Source of the DNA: Dimargaris cristalligena
Lineage: Eukaryota
DNA: 34,111 nucleotides
NCBI GenBank assembly: GCA_003614675.1
Contig: ML002397.1
Coordinates: 1-34,111, forward strand
Direction: 5' to 3'
Numbering within the stretch: position 1 is the stretch's first letter; each line of letters begins with the position of its first letter. Under the pieces are notes generated by a model. The model ran no database searches. It had not been told where the DNA came from and saw only the letters and a program-made list of their open reading frames with translations. The position numbers were made by a program, and so were the translations under genes. Positions 23,339 to 34,111 of the stretch are shown here, one piece after another.

Positions 23339-25425
23339 AAACTTTTGAATGTTACTACTTATAGAGGGGTAGCTTCCCCAATTGGCTAAAGGGAGAGGGT
23401 TTTTAGAAGAAATTATTGCTAGTTCGACGGAATAAAGGAATTAATGAAGCCCAATTGATTCCCAGCCACTGTCCCAACCAGTGGAGAAAGGCAGGTAAAT
23501 TTGTTTGGGAGAAGGAGGGAAATGGCGGGAGGGGAGAGGATGGGGAGGGAGCTAACCACGGTTCGCCGACTCATACATGTGTCAAACACCCAATACTCGC
23601 ATAACGCACTTCAGGCAGTCGAGTACTAAAGCCCAGGGGGTGACGGGGGTGGGAAGGAGAAAAGGCCAATACCTATAGGAAGGCATTCGAATATTAGCAA
23701 TTCTCTGACTATATCCACTGGGAGACGCTGATTGCCTTATTGTTTATATTAGGCCTTGGGTGGTTTTGCATTACTGTCCACCTAGCGCAGTGATACCGCC
23801 GACCCGGCCAGATTAGGATATATTAGCCACCTGGAGACCCATTGGTGTGCGTATGGGGGAGGGGGGAAGGGTTAGCGTGTAGGAATTTCGACAGCCCCTA
23901 GGTTAAAAATCGGGTGTATCGAGGGCGGGATGGGGAGGAGAGGCGGTAATGGAGGGGGGAATAGTTACAGTCTAGTCGTGGGCTGCGGAACGAGTTCACC
24001 GGGTTGTTGAGACTATTTTTGTTACAACCGCCAAAACTGCACAGTAAACTATGAGTAAGGTCAATTTAAGCAAACCCTTTAGCATGACCTTGCCCGTAGA
24101 CTGCGGCACTGCGAAGTAGCTGGTCCGAAATGTTTTATAAAGGCGGGATAGGAAAGCCTCCGTTCCACCCGTCACAATCAGGGGCCCAGCGGCTTAAGCG
24201 TGGGTCCGGGGGACGGGGTTTACTTGAGCGGCTGAACGACAGGTGGGTTTGCCGCAGCCTATGAGGGTTTAGAGCATCCCTTTGCGAGGGTTCGTGCGAG
24301 GACCGCCGGCCTTGGCCGTTGCCCCCCAATCTATCCCCCAAACCCTTCGCACCCTCTTTGCACAGCTGTGGGGAGAAAAAGGGCAAGCCACCCAGCAGCA
24401 CCTACTTCTCCTTTCAGGCCTTCGATACTCTAAGCCACTTACTCATTGGGGCCCTGTGGAATTCGGTCTGTTTCATGTCAATTCAGAGCCGGAAATGGGG
24501 GGAGAGGGTGACATTGACCTCACCATTCGGTAGCGCTGGGGCACTTCACCAAACAGGGACCCCAAAGCCAATTTGAAGGGTGACGGTGCGACCATTTCAT
24601 TTATTTATCAGTCACACTTTGATCACACCGCTAACTACTCCGGTACATATTAAAGTTATGGCTTATGTATATATATATATACCTAGATATATATATAAAT
24701 CAACCCAACATCACCATGGCGGTTTAGAGAAATGGCGGCTATTAAAGGGATTAGTAAGTCGCTCGCCAATGTGACAAAAATATACGAATAGAAAATAGCA
24801 ATTCGGAAATCGCCTGTCCATTTGTGGCCGGGATCCTCCACTTCCATGGACAATGGTGTGGCTATAGAGAATGTCATGGGGCTGGGTTGATTAAAGATGT
24901 AGTAAGGGAGAACAATGTGAAAAAGGCAGATATATCAGCGATGTGCCTTGGGAGCCCATGGCTGAGTAGCCAGCGCCATTTCTCAATCGAAGGAATTGAG
25001 TGAGTGAGTGAGTGGGAGGAGAAGGGGGGAGGGGGTGGAGCGGGGAAGAAATGGTGAAAGGGGGGATCGCCGCCTCGGATTACCCCAAAAAAGGCACCAG
25101 GTTGATGAATCAGTTGAGCCGGTTTTCTTGACCTGGAATAGGCCCAAGGCGGCCTAGGCTTCCGGGGGTAGTCGAAGCGGTTTAGGAAAGAATCCATCGG
25201 CGAGATTACTGCTTCCCCCTCAGTCCGCCCCTTCAACCACTACATTCAGATATTCACCCCCTCATGGTCCGTTCTATACTTTTCCATCACTCATAATCCC
25301 CGGATCCGTGCGTAGTCCGCCGCCCACACTACCGGCGTGAAGTGTTTACCCAACACTGTCACTATCATGAATTCCTAAACATTCACGACTTTGATGCGTT
25401 TCAAGGCTATTAGTATTAGATAATA

Positions 25426-25451
25426 CAATTATATTATATTATATTATATTA
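25426..25451. repeat. (ATATT)n microsatellite
   Basis: ATTATATTATATTATATTATATTA read directly. Confidence 0.85.
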
Positions 25452-26029
25452 CATATATAATTTATAAAAGTTTATCCCGCGAGGATTCGGTGCTCGTTAT
25501 TCCTGATCGATTCTGCGTTGAGCAGTTAGACTGCAGGGGGAGGGGATCCAACCTATGACGGCTGTCTCAGGAAGAGGTAGGATTTTTAATCAGCAGCGAC
25601 TGCGGGATATAGGGGCCATATGTTCCCATGATCATGTGGAATATAACCCCCGGGTTTGGCCTGTGCCTTGGCTATGGGGTGCCTTTCTAAATCACCTAGG
25701 GGCCAAAGTGGCCGCTCAGTCCTGTCCCGCCTTAATTTCCGAGAAGCTGAACTGTCGGTGCGCAGCAACCCTTCCCAAACTCCCATCAGCATCCCCAGGC
25801 TGTCTATCCCAAAGCGACGGGCGAAAGAAAGACCATGAGTAATAGCGCTTAGCTACGAATACACCAGCTGATACCGTCGGCCCCGTCTTGTTCTGGACAT
25901 TGGTGGTCCAGACGGCAACCCCTACTATTATTCCTTTCTAAATAGCACTACTATTAATTCCTTCTCTCACTCCCAGCGCTTCACCAACAAGGCACCCCAA
26001 TTCTTTATTCAGGGCTAGCGGAGATTGCC

Positions 26030-26370
26030 ACCTTCCCCTGACGGTTCCAAGGCGTGGTTTAGGCTAGCTTCTGGAACCCGTGGCCCCTTATTTCGCCTGG
26101 CCCCTCGCATCTCCAGCGATTGTCTCAACAAAAAGAGCCAGCAGCAATCTCTTCCCCGTTGGGAAAAATGTGAAGGGCGAATTCATTTCGGTAGAGTAGA
26201 ATTTCCTCCTAGTGGACCGCAGCCTGAAAAAAATAAGGGAAAGCCCCTGCCACGCCGGGGCCAAACGTCTCGTCTTCCCAGCACCCCAGCTTCCTCTCTT
26301 CTCGGTGAGTGAATGGAAAGTATGAGCATGGAGTAACCTCCCCCCCCACAACATTCAGTATATATAGCAG
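26030..26370 (+). promoter_or_regulatory. Putative stress-responsive promoter of the small HSP gene
   Basis: TATATATA at 26359-26366; CCCCT (STRE-like) at 26035, 26084, 26101, 26244; TTCnnGAA partial HSE at 26069-26076. CCCCT is common in this C-rich DNA. Confidence 0.4.
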
Positions 26371-26532
26371 GCCCCTTTTCCCTGCTATCCAACTCAAACT
26401 CAACTCCCATCGCTTCAAAGCATTTGGCATTTTTCCCTATCTCCATTTTTCTGATACCCATTTCGCATTTAAACCCCACTACTATTGCTACTCGCCCCCC
26501 CTTGCTTCTTTCATCCACCACACTTCTCCACC

Positions 26533-27159
26533 ATGTCGGGCTTCTTCACTGACCGTTTCTACCAGAACACCTTCTTCCGCGAGACCCACCAGCACTCCTA
26601 CCCGGGGGCCAACCTGACTCAGCCCGAATACCAAGGTACCACGCAGCGGGCCGTGGGCTTCGGCGGCACCTCCACTGAAGTCACCACCTCCCCGGCCAGC
26701 CACAGCGGCAGCTACCTCGCCCAGTTCAACTCGCAGTTCGACTCCAACCGCCACCACTTCGTACCGGTCACCGTTACCGACAACTACGCCGAGTACAGCC
26801 GCTCCTCCGACCGGGCTATCCTCCCTGCGGAACACAGCCCCTTGGAAGAGGTCAACTCCGACACCCAGTATAAAGAGGACGGCATATACCTCACCATGCA
26901 CTGGCCCACCACCCAGCCCAAACGGGTGGTCCACCAAGCGGGTACTAACGAGGTCCAACTGGTCGCCACGGGCGAAGAGCGCTCGAAAATGAAGCAGGTC
27001 GTCATCCGCGAACAGGTTGAGCAGGACCTGCTGCACCGTTCCTTCAAGGTCCCCGACGGTTACGACACCTCCAAGATGCGGGTCGAATACAACGCCGGCG
27101 TTCTCAAGGCCCATATCCCCAAGAAGCGCAACCAGATGCTCTCAATGTTTTATTCATAA
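26533..27159 (+). CDS. Small heat-shock protein (HSP20/alpha-crystallin domain), 208 aa, intronless
   Basis: CCACCATG start at 26533; strong C-ending codon bias; C-terminal HRSFKVPDGYDTSKMRVEYNAGVLKAHIPK matches the ACD signature F.R.F.LP..VD...I.A.Y.NGVL.V.IPK; Phe-rich N-terminus. Confidence 0.8.
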   Translation: MSGFFTDRFYQNTFFRETHQHSYPGANLTQPEYQGTTQRAVGFGGTSTEVTTSPASHSGSYLAQFNSQFDSNRHHFVPVTVTDNYAEYSRSSDRAILPAEHSPLEEVNSDTQYKEDGIYLTMHWPTTQPKRVVHQAGTNEVQLVATGEERSKMKQVVIREQVEQDLLHRSFKVPDGYDTSKMRVEYNAGVLKAHIPKKRNQMLSMFYS

Positions 27160-30100
27160 GCACCTTTTCCCCTTCTAATCGGTTTGCACCCAGCGTGGCG
27201 GTAAGACGTTTAGCCTAAAGTTTTATTTATTGATTGCCGTTGCTTATTATATTAATTCTTGCCATTTTTGGTGCGGTGTTTTTTGTTTTTGTGTTGTTGT
27301 AATATGCTACTACTGTTCTTTTTTCCTTCGAATATTTTACCCTACTTTTCCCCTTTCCTTGTCTATCGAAAATGCCCTACAGCCCAGTTCGTTTCGGCGA
27401 CCCTGTTCCTATCCTTATCCTTCAAGCACATCGATATGTAAACTATATTTATTACATTGCTATCCAAGTTGCTCTGGGGGTCTCCCTTATTTGTAACTAA
27501 ATAAACTCATTTTCTATTCAAACTATGGTTCACCGTTAGGGAAGGTCAGGAAAGGAACGGGCCTAATAATTCGGTCCCCCGGGTAAATTGGCTATATTCA
27601 GTATTCTTGTACGTAGGGACTATACCAGACCAGGATTGGAAATTCCTAACTGGGATTGACCGTGCTTGTAAGTAAACCATACGAGGCGGAAAAACACAAC
27701 ACACCATTTGTTGAAGGGGGAAACTATACTCTTCGCCTATATAATATTTACATTGGGAGGAGGGGGTCCGTGAGCGTGAAGCTAGGTTCCCCTAATGCCC
27801 ACAACGTGAATATTCTAACTGCATTTAAGAAATATTGGTAAGGAGGGACAATACCAACCCCTAAGGCCAAGCGATAAAGATATTGGTCTTGGCGGCGGAA
27901 AAACTGCCATAATTCCTCGGCAAACGCGGCGGAGGCTTAACCTTTTGGCGATTGGTAGCCCATTTGTCTTTATCAAGCCATCGTGATTTCCACTTTGCAT
28001 GAAAGCAGTTACGGTGCCGAATTGGCCACTTCTACCGAGATTGACCCCTCCACCCCGGAAACCATTTTCCCGGGGACCACAGTACCCTTATTTACCATCT
28101 ATTAGTAAATCGGCGTCACGGAATATTCACCGCAATTGGGAATAGGCGGGATAATCATAATGTGACCAGTGTCGCTGCCTCGGCATGTGTCTGTTTAGCG
28201 AGGGTAGGTTGGGCCACCACCACTCCCTCCCCCACTATTGTCTGGTGCCCCTCCCCCCCCCCAAAAAAAAGAGAAAATATTGGGCCTTTGTGGAAAAAAG
28301 GGAGATTGCCAGGGTATGGTGACCTCACGATAAGGACTACTAATTTGGTGTAAGTCTGTGATGCGCATACTTTTTTTGGAGGGGGGAGGGGGATATAGTG
28401 TTATGTCGGTGGAAGCAAGCGATCCTATACTATCTTGGCTAATTTGCCTGATTTTCTGTAATTTCATAGGTCACTTACATTTTATCCAGAAAGCGCCAGT
28501 GCATACTCAGTATGCTGGGGGGAGAGGGAAAGAACGAGAGTGCCATGAAATTGATTTTAACCGCCACCATATCCTCCAACACCGTCGAGGGTCGGTGTTA
28601 TTAATAGGTTTGCACTTAATGATATAAATTTATATTAAAAGGATCTCCAAAAACCATTGGTGAACCCTGTGGTTCCATTTGGATGAATCAGTGTAGAATG
28701 AAGACACAGAGCTGAGTCTATATTTAGTCTGCATAATAAGTTCTATTTTATTGTCCTTATTTAAAGCCATTGGAATAACAATGCGCCATCGCTTATTTTA
28801 TTGCTTATGGTCATCTGGCTGATGATAATGGAGAGGGCTGTTTTTCAGGATTGAAGGGGAGGGGTGTTTTTAGGCAACCACCCGGCATTAGAGAACCGCT
28901 ATTGTACAAACTCTATCAAGAGCAATAGGAAGTCCGAGCTTGAATAGGGCATCAGTATGTAACGGGGGCCCCTGTTGAGTAACCCGTGCAGCCCAACGGC
29001 TAAAAATGCAGGCCCGCTGGAAATATCAACTGAAGATCCGGCTATCCATCAGGGTATGGCAATAGTAAGTAGCAGTAGCCCACCCTTTATGGCCATATTT
29101 ATTTTACTAGCACGACTAAACCATGTATAACCCCTTTAATTCTTACAGAAGTCATCCTGCAATACTAGGCCTGTTATGTCACCTTTTACAGCCCTGCTAA
29201 GGGATTGACTTACCTTCCGAACATCCCAAGTCCCTTCCAAAAGCAATAGTCCAGGGCTGTCGGTTATCAGCCGAGACCCAGGCCGGGGCTTCTCTCCCGG
29301 TCGCTCGTCTTACTGCATTTAGGGGGAGGGATGTTCCACATTTTGAACTCAAGTATCTTTGTGAAGCCTCCCCCACGGAAAGCCATGGCGCACCTATCTT
29401 TATTGGAGTACCATGTCGATCCAAAAAAGGCAACGGGATGCTAACCTGGTGCTCTTGACCCAAAAAGCCGCTGCTCGGGAGCCAATGGCCCCAGAAAAGG
29501 GGACTTGGTTTGGCTTACCTCATACCAACCCAAACCGAACATTATCTATCCCACCTTGTTTAATTATTTAACCCCCATTGGCCTGTACGATCCATACCCC
29601 ATAAGGCCACGTATATCAATGTTCATGGAATACCGATTGTCCAAGGCTGGATAATTGACTAGGCCAGATTTATCGCTAAAAATCATTTTCTATCCAATTA
29701 TATCGGTGAAAGACAACGCCAATGCTATATAAAAATAAAAGTATAACGAGGCCATTAGGAGGGAAAGTCGATGATTACCTTGCTCGACTTGGATAATGAG
29801 CGCCCCTTAGGAAATACCGGTAAATGACCCCCTCCATCCGTGAACAAGGCGGAGTTTTCTTAATGACGAAGGTATAGGTGGCGAAGGTGTATATCAGCCG
29901 CTTCGGTACTGGCTTCCGCTTTTGTTGGGAAAGAGTGGGAAGGTGGGTTGCTTCTTCAACCAAATAGCAATACATTTCCCTTGGTTATCAGCGGGTGGTG
30001 GCATTATATAGAGTGATAAAGACCAGAGGCAATGAAAGCGGCAAATAAAATAAAGCAGTTTAGGATGGTTAGGCGTAAATAAGGATACGGGGGTTGCATT

Positions 30101-30549
30101 GTTTTTCAGCGAATTATTCGTCATTCCACGGAAAGCCGGTATAAACCTTGAGGCTTTTAATAATATATCAGGCGGCTGATGCTCTAATTAGGAAGGTGGT
30201 GAGCAGAATGAGATGGGTAGGAAAAAGGAGGGGGAGGGGAAAAAGCTGTACCTTGTTAAAGATCCCTTTTCGAAAATCCCCCGACTGGATACTGCGCCAA
30301 AAAAAATATAGGTGAATCCATTTCTGGGTATTTAAACATTGGGCTGGGGCACCCTGAGATTCCATAAACCAAGCAACTCACCAACCATCCCAGTTGTACT
30401 TAGATTTGTGGCCTCCTTTACTACCCTTTATTCCCCTTTACTGACTATATCACATATTTGTAAAGTCAACGACTCTACACACCATACCCCATCCTGCTCT
30501 TTGCTAAACCTCGACTTCATATTACGCTACAAGTAAATATTTATTCAAA

Positions 30550-31506
30550 ATGTTCGACGACCGTTCCTTTTTCTCATCGTCTTTTTCAAGTAACCAAAAT
30601 GCAGTCTCCAACATCCAATTCGGCAGGTTTTTCGACCCGGTCCCCACCCCTTTCGTACCGCCAAGCATGAACGACTTTTTTGCTCCCCAGACACGGAGTA
30701 CAGCGATACCCTTCCGGGAATTTCACAGCCGGACCGAAACCAGTTGGACCGATTTGGAAGGCCAGCACTATGACTACCGCCGCGAGGAGTCGCTGACATC
30801 GAGTAACGATTTCGGCCCCCACTGGCGTTACCGTGGCCGGGTGGTCGAATCCCCCGATCGTCTAGGTCCGGAAGGCGGCTATATTCCCCCCCTTTCTATG
30901 CACCCGGGCGGTTCTCCAATCCGTGCGACTAGGGCCACCTCGGCAGCTGCCCCTCCTCCTGTCCAACAGACCCGTACCTATATAGTACCCACTAACATCA
31001 AGCTAGACCTTGTGGTCATAATGCCCCCGACGGCCACCCCTCCCCAGCAGCCCCCCGCCCAGCCGCCCACGAATAATCCAGCGGAGCCTAGCTACCAACC
31101 GGCCCCCGCCCAGCCGCCCACGAATAATCCAGCGGAGCCTAGCTACCAGCCGGCCCCACCGCAGGCGGCAGGTTGCAGCACCGGGTTTGTCACCCCACCC
31201 CCTTCAAACGATAACGCCTCCGTCGAAACACTGCCCGATCCGCACTTGGATATTAATATGGAAATCACGGATGCTGGTAACTTCCAGGTGATTGAGATTA
31301 CCTGGACGGGGCAAGGCGTTATTGCCGAACCGGCGTATAACCACGAGCAGCGGAAGTTGTCCTTTCTCCACGAACCCGAGGCGGGGAGTGGTCAAATTAA
31401 GACTAGATTCACCATTGATGCTCCCGTCCCACGCAGCACCGCATATACCCGAATTGTGCCTGGGCAAGGCCATAACAGATGGCTCCTGATATGCACCAAG
31501 ACTTAG
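30550..31506 (+). CDS. 318-aa Pro-rich hypothetical protein, possibly with a divergent HSP20/CS-like C-terminal domain
   Basis: Long GC-rich ORF with CAAAATG start; Phe/Ser-rich N-terminus, Pro/Gln-rich middle, ~90-aa beta-rich C-terminus. Confidence 0.75.
   Translation: MFDDRSFFSSSFSSNQNAVSNIQFGRFFDPVPTPFVPPSMNDFFAPQTRSTAIPFREFHSRTETSWTDLEGQHYDYRREESLTSSNDFGPHWRYRGRVVESPDRLGPEGGYIPPLSMHPGGSPIRATRATSAAAPPPVQQTRTYIVPTNIKLDLVVIMPPTATPPQQPPAQPPTNNPAEPSYQPAPAQPPTNNPAEPSYQPAPPQAAGCSTGFVTPPPSNDNASVETLPDPHLDINMEITDAGNFQVIEITWTGQGVIAEPAYNHEQRKLSFLHEPEAGSGQIKTRFTIDAPVPRSTAYTRIVPGQGHNRWLLICTKT
31052..31157 (+). repeat. In-frame 51-bp tandem duplication (PAQPPTNNPAEPSYQPA x2)
   Basis: Units 31052-31102 and 31103-31153 differ at one synonymous base (CAA/CAG). 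Confidence 0.95.
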
Positions 31507-31779
31507 CTGGACTAGCCATCTATGGAAACGCGGCCCTTCCCCTCCTCTGCCCGGCATTATATCACTTTATTTATATAGCTAGATTGCTACTATTTAAACC
31601 CCATCGGGCCATGCTCGTTAAATATAACCCCCCCCCCCCTCCAGTCCCCGTGAAACAGCCGCCCACTTATATATATATCCATTATATTAAGCCGTCCATG
31701 CCACATACTCATATTGCCTATAGTGCACACCACTACTATAACTATCCAGCTATCTCTTTAACCTGTCAAATAATAAATA

Positions 31780-31820
31780 TATATGGGAGAAATTCCTCCC
31801 AACAACTGTATATGGTTTTC
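31780..31820. mobile_element. Partial terminus of the MITE-like family
   Basis: TATATGGGAGAAATTCCTCCCAACAACTGTATA resembles the family TIR (reverse complement of 32368-32396: TATATGGGTGAAATTCTGCCCAGCTGTATA). Confidence 0.45.
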
Positions 31821-32248
31821 AGTTAAATCTGAATGTGGAAATTGGTAGGATATATTTTACTCTTTAGGATTCTAGGCTGATTAATAGGAGTGTTGTTAGG
31901 CCGGTGATACTAAGCATATCCTTTTTATACATTCTATCGTGTGGTAATATAGCGGGCTCTCAACTCGGGTTATGCTAATATCACATCAAAAAAAAGTACA
32001 AAAGTATCCTAATGACTATAGCAGGGACTTCGCATGTTACTGCTACTAAAACGTAGCCTAATTACCTGTAACTACTGCAACCGCCGGGCCAGGCCAACCA
32101 CTATGTGCCCAGGACATCACCGGTCCCGACCAATGGAAGCACTCAACCGAGTCCCCTTCTACTGCAGCCACCCCTCCTAAATAGGCAGCGAACAACTAGC
32201 TACATCCCTAATCTGCCATTACAAGAGATATGGGGTACGAAAAAAAAT

Positions 32249-32396
32249 AATACGGGAGAGGTTCAACCAAATTATAGAGCAATAAATCCACTGGATAAGG
32301 TAAAAATATTTCTGGCAAAAAATGAACCCCCCCCCCACATGTTTTCCCATATGTATACCAAATCCCTATACAGCTGGGCAGAATTTCACCCATATA
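32249..32396. mobile_element. MITE-like family copy 4 (~148 bp)
   Basis: TACGGGAGAGGTTCAACC ... ATACAGCTGGGCAGAATTTCACCCATATA; internal AAATCCACTGGAT matches copy 2 AAATCCATTGGAT. Confidence 0.62.
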
Positions 32397-32799
32397 TCTA
32401 TATAGTTTCCCACTTGGCATGATATCTATTTAAGCCCTGCTCAACCCTTTCACTACATCTATCTATCTATATTATAAAGCTGCTATTTTTCTTAAAAATG
32501 TATGGGGCTAACTCCTAGGTGTAACTCCTTTTTATTAGCATTTCCGGTCACCTGATCCCAAACTATCCTCAGTGTTTAATTGATTGGAACTGCTGCCCAA
32601 TTACTATTACTATTATTACCTATATCTATCCATATACTAAAGGAGGGTTAATACTAAACTGACTACAGTACCCAGTACTAACTAAATATATAGACCAGTA
32701 CCCATATATCCAGGGTAGAACCACCCTGGAGGATAAGAACCTGGCTTTGCAGCTAGAACCAACTCAGTATCATTTATACATAGTCTGCTATTGTATCTA

Positions 32800-33032
32800 T
32801 ACTTCCAGGCTACTAGCAATTTCATGTTTAAGCTGCCTTTACCATGACAATTAATAAGTCACAGGGCCAGACATTCTCCAGGGTAGTAGTATTCCTTAAT
32901 CAAAATATATTTTCTTATGGCCAACAATATGTGGCCCTTTCTAGAGTGGCTAACCCCTCCAATCTCTATGTGGCAACTCCAAATAGATGTAGGACTACCA
33001 GGAATGTGGTATATGGTAAGGCACTACAGTGA
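32800..33032 (+). mobile_element. Decayed Helitron PIF1-family helicase C-terminal fragment
   Basis: In-frame Y*QFHV*AAFTMTINKSQGQTFSRVVVFL...FSYGQQYVALSRV...TRNVVY matches the Helitron consensus RRQFPVR.AFAMTINKSQGQ..VG..L...VFSHGQLYVALSRV...T.NVVY; upstream part carries stops. Confidence 0.88.
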
Positions 33033-33302
33033 GGTGATGTAGAGTATAGGGTGTGGTAATAAAGTGAAAACATTCTATTTTTCTGTTAAAAACTGACCCT
33101 TATTTTATAACTATATAGAGGATACTTAAAAAATCACAGCACTTCCTACAGAGAGCACACCTGTACCATAAGTTGAAATGAAGGATCAGAGGGGAGTGTA
33201 CTCCCCAGATCTATTGCTTGTACTTTATATGAAGACATTATTATAACTTAAGCCAACCCATCTATCCATCTGGATCACTCTAAACCATGAAAGAGATAGG
33301 TG

Positions 33303-33869
33303 GTGCATTGACCCCCCTCCATGGTACCCATCAGGTATACAGGCAACCAATGCCTATAACTGCTCCAGGATAGGTCCTTTTTCAAGGCTCTAATGGTGAG
33401 AACCTTCTTTAGGGGAGTAAGGATTTATGTAGCCAAGGCCTGGGCCAAGGAGGCATTACTGCACCTAGGACATAATCAATTTATCTGTATTGAAGTGACT
33501 ATAGCACTATTGGTCAAGTTCAACAAACACCTCCAGTGAGCACTGAGTGGCTTTTGAAATTTCAATAACATCCAGAGTACCAATCTGGACAAAAGGTTGG
33601 ACAGCATTATAGAGGAGGTCCTAGCTGACCAGGTCCAACTTACAGTTATGCAAAACACCCCAGGATATAACAGTAACTGGCAGGAAACACCAAGGACACC
33701 ACCACCACCACCAAAGCACCATCTGGAGAGGAGTCTACACCCTAAGGAAATGGCCCAAGTCACATCCCAAGGATCAAGTTATGTGATGTCCAAGTCCAAG
33801 TGTAAATGTGAGAGGCAGTGGAAGGAAATCATGGAATTATGGGCCAAGATAGAGTCATATAAGCAATAG
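33303..33869 (+). pseudogene. Decayed ORF of unknown family inside the CpG-free block (TE gene or Helitron cargo)
   Basis: The frame of ORF 33597-33869 extends ~100 codons upstream with only four stops (TGA, TAA, TGA, TGA), each one C->T away from a sense codon; no CpG in the region. Confidence 0.5.
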
Positions 33870-34111
33870 GGAAGAGCATAGAGGTAGTGAAAAGATTTAG
33901 TGAGTTAGTTGTAGTGAGTATCAATAAACTGGTAGTGAACTCTACCCTTAATATTGCTAAAGTTGTATTGGCTATCCATAGAAGGCATTTGTGGTGAACT
34001 TACCACATTTTTACCTACTTTTATTTTTATCTATTTTTCGCACTTATTGGAAGTATGCCCCTGACGAGTGAATGAGCCCCTGCCCCTGCCCCTGATGAGT
34101 ATGGTCATTTT

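Noticed and set aside
24135-24480. Minus-strand spliced gene (donor GTAAGT at 24441, acceptor CCCCACAG at 24366)
   Set aside because: The splice from the upstream ATG frame hits a stop within about 11 codons; at most a non-coding transcript.
26488-27114. 208-aa minus-strand ORF
   Set aside because: Antisense shadow of the codon-biased small HSP gene.
34055-34111. Hammerhead-like CTGACGAG/CTGATGAG cores within TGCCCC repeats
   Set aside because: No GAAA or closing stems visible; truncated by the window edge.
1-34111. CRISPR arrays, tRNA or rRNA genes, prokaryotic operons
   Set aside because: None seen; the sequence is intron-containing eukaryotic DNA.

Overview
Eukaryotic genomic DNA, almost certainly fungal and probably from an early-diverging lineage (inferred from protein style and ~180-375 nt GT..AG introns). 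Spliced housekeeping genes reconstructed by hand: BRL1/BRR6 family (-), OCA1 family phosphatase (+), PEX11 family (+) and a six-exon HRQ1 helicase (+) with a single +1 frameshift in a G7 run. Also present: a small heat-shock (alpha-crystallin) gene and a Pro-rich gene that may be a very divergent paralog, two short signal-peptide ORFs, and a 76-aa two-exon micro-gene near the window start that the ORF track misses. Accessory DNA includes a probable LTR at the left edge, a dispersed ~150-bp MITE-like family (4-6 copies), a decayed Helitron helicase and two sharply bounded blocks almost free of CpG. Mutations in those blocks include CG->TA and TG->TA changes, suggesting a RIP-like repeat-mutating defence.
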